NCBI GenBank assembly: GCA_043803225.1
Contig: JAZDKF010000012.1
Coordinates: forward strand, 118,647 to 182,646
Source of the DNA: Candidatus Beckwithbacteria bacterium
GTDB taxonomy: Bacteria; Patescibacteriota; Microgenomatia; UBA1400; CG1-02-47-37
Direction of reading: 5' to 3'
DNA length: 64,000 bases
Shown: one piece after another, positions 59,934 through 64,000 of the stretch
Position numbering within the stretch: position 1 is the first letter of the stretch
Layout: every line of letters starts with the position of its first letter
The notes under the pieces: model-generated
Databases searched by the model: none
Seen by the model: the letters and a program-made list of their open reading frames with translations, nothing else
What the model was told of the DNA's origin: nothing
Position numbers and translations under genes: made by a program

Positions 59934-60848
59934 ATGTTTAAACCTAATTTTAAAATCACTGCCATCGCCGAGACCAAAGACTTCGGTAAATTCGAATTTA
60001 GTCCTTTAGAAAAAGGCTACGGTTTGACTGTTGGCAATGCCCTGCGTCGGGTGCTTTTAACCAGTTTGCCGGGTACGGCAATTACCAGCATCTTGGTTGA
60101 CGGCGTTACTCACCAATTTACCACCCTTAAAGGTATGCGGGAAGATGTGGTTGAGCTGGTTTTAAACTTAAAACAGGTGCGTTTCGCTTACGCCGGCGAC
60201 AAACCGGTTCAAGGTTCAATCTCTGCTACTGGTCCTCTTAAAGTCAAAGCCGGCGACATCAAACTTCCGGCCACCATCAAAGTCGTTAATTCCGACTTTG
60301 TCTTAGCCTCCTTGTCTGATAAAAAAACCAGCCTTGAAGTTAAGCTGGAAATTAATTCTGGTTTCGGCTATTCACCGGCCAGAGAAAAAACCAGCACCAA
60401 ATTGGGTGAAATCATCTTAGATGCTACCTTTACCCCGGTTGTCAGGGTTAACTACACTGTTGAAGCCGCTCGGGTTGGCCGCTCTACTGATCTGGATAAA
60501 TTAATCATGGAAATTTATACTGACGGCACCATCAAGCCTTCAGAGGCTCTTAATCGTTCCGCTGAGATCCTGATTACTTATTTTAATCAGATCATTAACC
60601 CGACTTTTGCCAAGGAAGAAAAAACCGCTGTGGTTGCCACCGAAGATGATGAATCATTAAAACTCTCGGTTGAAGAGCTCGATCTGCCGACCCGGATTGC
60701 CAATGCTCTAAAAAAAGGCGGCTATGCTTACGTTAAAGACTTCTCCGGTGCCAGCCGCGAGGATGTCTCTAAGGTTAAAAATTTAGGCGGCAAATCCATT
60801 GATATTATTATCAAAAAATTAAAAAATAAAGGGATTGAGATTAAATAA
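59934..60848 (+). CDS. rpoA: RNA polymerase subunit alpha
   Basis: PLEKGYGLTVGNALRRVLL; alpha-CTD. Confidence 0.98.
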   Translation: MFKPNFKITAIAETKDFGKFEFSPLEKGYGLTVGNALRRVLLTSLPGTAITSILVDGVTHQFTTLKGMREDVVELVLNLKQVRFAYAGDKPVQGSISATGPLKVKAGDIKLPATIKVVNSDFVLASLSDKKTSLEVKLEINSGFGYSPAREKTSTKLGEIILDATFTPVVRVNYTVEAARVGRSTDLDKLIMEIYTDGTIKPSEALNRSAEILITYFNQIINPTFAKEEKTAVVATEDDESLKLSVEELDLPTRIANALKKGGYAYVKDFSGASREDVSKVKNLGGKSIDIIIKKLKNKGIEIK

Positions 60849-60851
60849 TCT

Positions 60852-61226
60852 ATGCGTCATCGCCAAGCCGGAAAAAAACTCTCTCGCAATCACCATCAGC
60901 GTCAAGCCTTGTTCAAACAGCAAGCCGGTGCTTTAGTGATCAACGAATCAGTCATGACCACTGAAGCCAAAGCCAAGCTCCTGGTTCGTTTGATGGACAA
61001 ACTAATTACTAAAGCTAAAAAAGGCACCTTATCTGCCCGCCGTCAGCTTTTAGCTTTTATGTCTCCGTCCAAAGCCGCCAACAAACTGGTGGACGATATT
61101 GCTCAGCGAAATCCCAGTCGCCAAAGCGGTTTTACTAAAATGATCCGTCTTGGGGTCCGCCGTGGCGATAATGCCATGATTGCCAAAGTCGAACTCATGG
61201 ACAAACCTCTGCCCAAGAAAAAGTAA
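60852..61226 (+). CDS. rplQ: 50S ribosomal protein L17
   Basis: MRHR, TTEAKAK, RRGDNA. Confidence 0.97.
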   Translation: MRHRQAGKKLSRNHHQRQALFKQQAGALVINESVMTTEAKAKLLVRLMDKLITKAKKGTLSARRQLLAFMSPSKAANKLVDDIAQRNPSRQSGFTKMIRLGVRRGDNAMIAKVELMDKPLPKKK

Positions 61227-61229
61227 ATT

Positions 61230-61652
61230 ATGACTACATCTATCACCAAACTTAAAGATATTAAGCGCACTTGGCACTTGGTTGATGCTAAAGATCAGGT
61301 GTTAGGCCGCCTGTCCACTCAAGTTGCCATTAAGTTAATCGGCAAAACCAAGCCTTACTTCACCCCTCAGCTGGATTGCGGCGACTATGTCGTGATCATT
61401 AACAGCGATCAAATTGCCCTCACCGGCAATAAAAAAATGCAAAAAAGCTACTACCGCCACTCCAACTATCCCGGCGGTTTTAAATCAATTACCCTTGGTG
61501 ATCAATTGGCCAAAGACTCCCGCCAAGCCTTAAAATGGACGATCTCTAAGATGCTGCCGAAAAACAAGCTCCGCGAGCCGCGTTTAAACCGTTTAAAGAT
61601 TTTTAAAGACGCTAATCACCTTTATCAAGATAAATTTCCAGTTAAAAAATAA
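61230..61652 (+). CDS. rplM: 50S ribosomal protein L13
   Basis: WHLVDA..QVLGRL, DCGDYVVIIN, HSNYPGG. Confidence 0.98.
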   Translation: MTTSITKLKDIKRTWHLVDAKDQVLGRLSTQVAIKLIGKTKPYFTPQLDCGDYVVIINSDQIALTGNKKMQKSYYRHSNYPGGFKSITLGDQLAKDSRQALKWTISKMLPKNKLREPRLNRLKIFKDANHLYQDKFPVKK

Positions 61653-61654
61653 CT

Positions 61655-62062
61655 ATGCCGACAATTAAAAAGCCTCTTTTTATCTATAGCCGCGGCCGCC
61701 GCCGCACTGCGGTTGCCCGCGTCCGTTTGTTTAAAAAAGCCGGGGAGAATCAGGTCAATGGTCTGCCTTTTTCCCAGTACTTTCCCGGCGCGATTGCTTT
61801 AAAAACTTTTCTAGAACCTTTTAAACTTTGCGGTGTTGAGGATAAATATCATGCTACCGTTAAAGTTGTTGGTTCCGGCAAGTTAAGCCAGCTGACTGCC
61901 GCAGTACATGGTTTGTCCCGGACTTTGATCTTAGCCAAGCCTGAAGTTAAACCCTTATTTAAAAAGCATGGGCTTTTAACCCGCGATCCCCGTACCCGCC
62001 AGCGCCGCATGATCGGCACCGGCGGCAAATCCAGACGCAAGAAGCAATCTCCCAAGCGGTAA
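61655..62062 (+). CDS. rpsI: 30S ribosomal protein S9
   Basis: GRRRTAVARV, LLTRDPR, QSPKR. Confidence 0.97.
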   Translation: MPTIKKPLFIYSRGRRRTAVARVRLFKKAGENQVNGLPFSQYFPGAIALKTFLEPFKLCGVEDKYHATVKVVGSGKLSQLTAAVHGLSRTLILAKPEVKPLFKKHGLLTRDPRTRQRRMIGTGGKSRRKKQSPKR

Positions 62063-62069
62063 AATTTTC

Positions 62070-62100
62070 ACCTCTCACACCTCTAAGGTGTGATAGAGGT
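62070..62100. terminator. Hairpin between convergent genes (terminator or REP-like)
   Basis: acctc-tcacacct-cta-aggtgtga-ta-gaggt. Confidence 0.6.
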
Positions 62101-62104
62101 AATC

Positions 62105-62335
62105 TTATGCCCTTCGGCCTCTGACTGCTTCCGGTCCTTGCGCCTGGCGCAGCGTGTCTTGTCCAATCATCTGTCCTGGTTCGCTCGGTATTCCCTCAAT
62201 GAGTAATGATATTTGATTTCTAACCCCTTCAAGCTTGTGAAATATTTTAGAAAAATGTTTGTTATCAAGTTGATCAAACCCCTGAAGCTGTAAAGATAAT
62301 TCTGCTTCTTTCTTTCTTAAACTCTTCAAACTCAT
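62105..62335 (-). CDS. Hypothetical protein
   Basis: 76 aa; ATGA overlap with the upstream nuclease gene. Confidence 0.5.
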   Translation of the reverse strand: MSLKSLRKKEAELSLQLQGFDQLDNKHFSKIFHKLEGVRNQISLLIEGIPSEPGQMIGQDTLRQAQGPEAVRGRRA

Positions 62336-63195
62336 AAAATCTCGCTGTTGGCGCTAGCCGTTGCTCCAGCAGTTAAAATATACACCTCCCGGCCCATTTC
62401 GTCTGAACCAACCCTTTCCCCCTCGCCCTTCAAGATTTTTTCCAATGGCTCGCAGGCCCGACAGCCCTGGTGTGGGCACTTAAAGCGGTTCAGTTGTCTG
62501 GCCAGCTTCATTTCCTTGGCAATCTTTAAAATCTTTTCCCTGGCTTTATCTATATCCGGCAGTTTTTGTTCTTCCGGTTTTGTTGCCCGGTCAACATACC
62601 AGTAACTTAGTTTTTTCACCGGCCGATCTTGGGTATTAGTTGCCAGTAAATAATAAATCGGCAGCTGCAAAGAATCGGTTTTTTCCTCACCCTTTCCGCT
62701 CTTAAAATCTATGATATGAACCGCATTTTCTTTTTCCAGGAACTCCAGCCAATCCAGCTTGCCGCAAAGAATAATATTATCCTCTTCCGACAGCCAGTAG
62801 TAAGGTAGTTCCATTTTAATTTTTACTGCCAGGTTTTTTAAGGGTCCAGGGTTTTTCTCCACCCGCCTTAACATTTCTAGGCCTCTTTGTTTGTATTTTG
62901 CTTCCAGTTCAGCGCTTAAAAATCCGCCCTTTTTCCCGGTAACTTTTTTCCAGACAGTCTCTAGCCGGTTTACCAGCGGTTCCCTAAACCGCCGGTTTAA
63001 GGGTAAGATCGACAAACTTTCAATTACTTCATGAACTGCCTGGCCTAAACTTAAAGGCGGGCTGACAATCACGATTTTCTTGCCGGTTTTTAGGTCTTTA
63101 TACACGTTTTTTAAATAGTACGCCCGCGGGCAGGCTATAAAGTCAGAAATCGAAGAATGTGACACCCACACCGCGCTGAATTTGTCTTTTACCAT
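62332..63195 (-). CDS. PD-(D/E)XK nuclease family protein (Cas4/AddB-like)
   Basis: SHSSISDFIACPR, GKLD..., IIDFKSG, QL.IY; C-terminal C-x4-C-x2-C. Confidence 0.88.
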   Translation of the reverse strand: MVKDKFSAVWVSHSSISDFIACPRAYYLKNVYKDLKTGKKIVIVSPPLSLGQAVHEVIESLSILPLNRRFREPLVNRLETVWKKVTGKKGGFLSAELEAKYKQRGLEMLRRVEKNPGPLKNLAVKIKMELPYYWLSEEDNIILCGKLDWLEFLEKENAVHIIDFKSGKGEEKTDSLQLPIYYLLATNTQDRPVKKLSYWYVDRATKPEEQKLPDIDKAREKILKIAKEMKLARQLNRFKCPHQGCRACEPLEKILKGEGERVGSDEMGREVYILTAGATASANSEIL

Positions 63196-63196
63196 T

Positions 63197-63526
63197 TTAT
63201 TTATTCAGTCTAACCGCCAAGTTAAACTGTAGAAAATACCTTTCCCAATCTTCAGCTGAAGATTGATATTGATTAATTCCTAAAAACCAATCGCCGAACA
63301 TTTCCTTGCTCCGGTTGATTTCTTTTAATCTTTTTCTGTTTTTTGGGTCGGTTACTGTCAATTCAAATAGTTCCAGTGCCCGGTAAAACGCTGATTTTGC
63401 CAGATTCTCGTCTTTATTTTTCCAATTTATGGCTCTACCCACTTCGGCGCCGATGTTAGCCATTTGTTCCATTAAGCTAAATTTTTTCCACCGGCCTGAC
63501 GCTAAATTTTTATGTAAATAACTCAT
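63197..63526 (-). CDS. Hypothetical helical-bundle protein
   Basis: 109 aa, EQMANIGAEVGRA...RALELFE; tightly coupled to both neighbours. Confidence 0.75.
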   Translation of the reverse strand: MSYLHKNLASGRWKKFSLMEQMANIGAEVGRAINWKNKDENLAKSAFYRALELFELTVTDPKNRKRLKEINRSKEMFGDWFLGINQYQSSAEDWERYFLQFNLAVRLNK

Positions 63527-63867
63527 GGCCGAATTAATTTTTTAACAATCAGCTTAATTTTTTCTTTAATTTTTTCATCTTCCACCCCTCGACTTAAATT
63601 ATTTTGTGTCGGCCGTAAATTAATCATTGAATCAAATTCAATAAAATCACTCCCTTCATATTTTTCCGGATAAATATTGATTCCCCACAAATCTTTTTGC
63701 TGCGAACCATTTTCTAAAAGTTTTGCTTCTTCGTCTGCGTGCATATCCGCGTCAATGGCCATCACTTCGATTTCCGTATCAACAACAGCCTTTATCAGTT
63801 TGCCGAAACTGTTTTTTGCCATGTTTTTAATTAAATCTAATTTTATTGGCTGATCGATTACCTGCAT
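63523..63867 (-). CDS. DUF5674-like protein
   Basis: KAVVD, MHADEE, DLWGINIY, FDSMINLRP. Confidence 0.75.
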   Translation of the reverse strand: MQVIDQPIKLDLIKNMAKNSFGKLIKAVVDTEIEVMAIDADMHADEEAKLLENGSQQKDLWGINIYPEKYEGSDFIEFDSMINLRPTQNNLSRGVEDEKIKEKIKLIVKKLIRP

Positions 63868-63907
63868 TAACTCTTATTATACTTTAAAAACTGCTAAAAT
63901 CAGAGAA

Positions 63908-64000
63908 ATGGCCCATATTTGGCAAACTCTCCCTAAACCGATTTTCTGTCTGGCGCCGATGTTTGGCGCCACTGACTCTGCCTTTCGCCAGCTGCTTTGT
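63908..64000 (+). CDS. tRNA-dihydrouridine synthase (3'-truncated by window edge)
   Basis: MAHIWQTLPKPIFCLAPMFGATDSAFRQLLC matches the LAPMxGxTDxxFR Dus motif; TGcTAAAAT 7 nt upstream. Confidence 0.85.
   Translation, partial: MAHIWQTLPKPIFCLAPMFGATDSAFRQLLC

Noticed and set aside
62105-62160. LRQAQG...GRRA tail resembling a translated REP-type repeat
   Set aside because: Too degenerate; no clean stem and no second copy in the window.
394-62605. Numerous antisense or alternate-frame ORFs in the track (e.g. 22797-23351, 42491-43027, 44995-45444)
   Set aside because: Shadows of well-supported genes, with no recognisable motifs.
1-64000. tRNA or rRNA genes
   Set aside because: No intergenic stretch shows a cloverleaf/TTCGA arm or rRNA signature.

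Overview
Core-chromosome window of a small-genome bacterium, most likely Patescibacteria/CPR (Microgenomates-like). This is inferred from the absence of rpmD, truncated IF2/Lon/AlaS/RNase J and pervasive SD-less promoters. Genetic code 11. Almost all genes are on the + strand: dnaK-dnaJ, nusA-infB, rpsO-pnp, a copper-resistance cluster, lon-rnj-ftsK-rodZ, alaS, a baseplate-J-like/sortase pair, yqgF-mltG, rpoBC, and the str-S10-spc-alpha ribosomal supercluster through rplM-rpsI. rpmC and rpmJ were missed by the ORF track and are added here. No rRNA, tRNA or CRISPR array was seen. The most striking signal is a family of 23-bp REP-like palindromes (approximately CCTRCARGG-N5-CCYYGYAGG). Copies punctuate a run of self-promoted orphan genes inserted between rpsG and fusA, supply stop codons to two genes, and one related copy sits in frame inside ribosomal protein L18. 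An unannotated, frameshifted N-terminal remnant of a Y1 HUH (RAYT/TnpA-REP-like) transposase at 56903-56725 (-) reads directly into one copy. Together these suggest a REP/RAYT-driven gene-cassette system acting inside ribosomal operons. Other notable points are hairpin-containing leaders before key expression genes, a NusA with an alpha-CTD-like tail and a protease-less Lon. All family assignments are by motif recognition; no searches were run.
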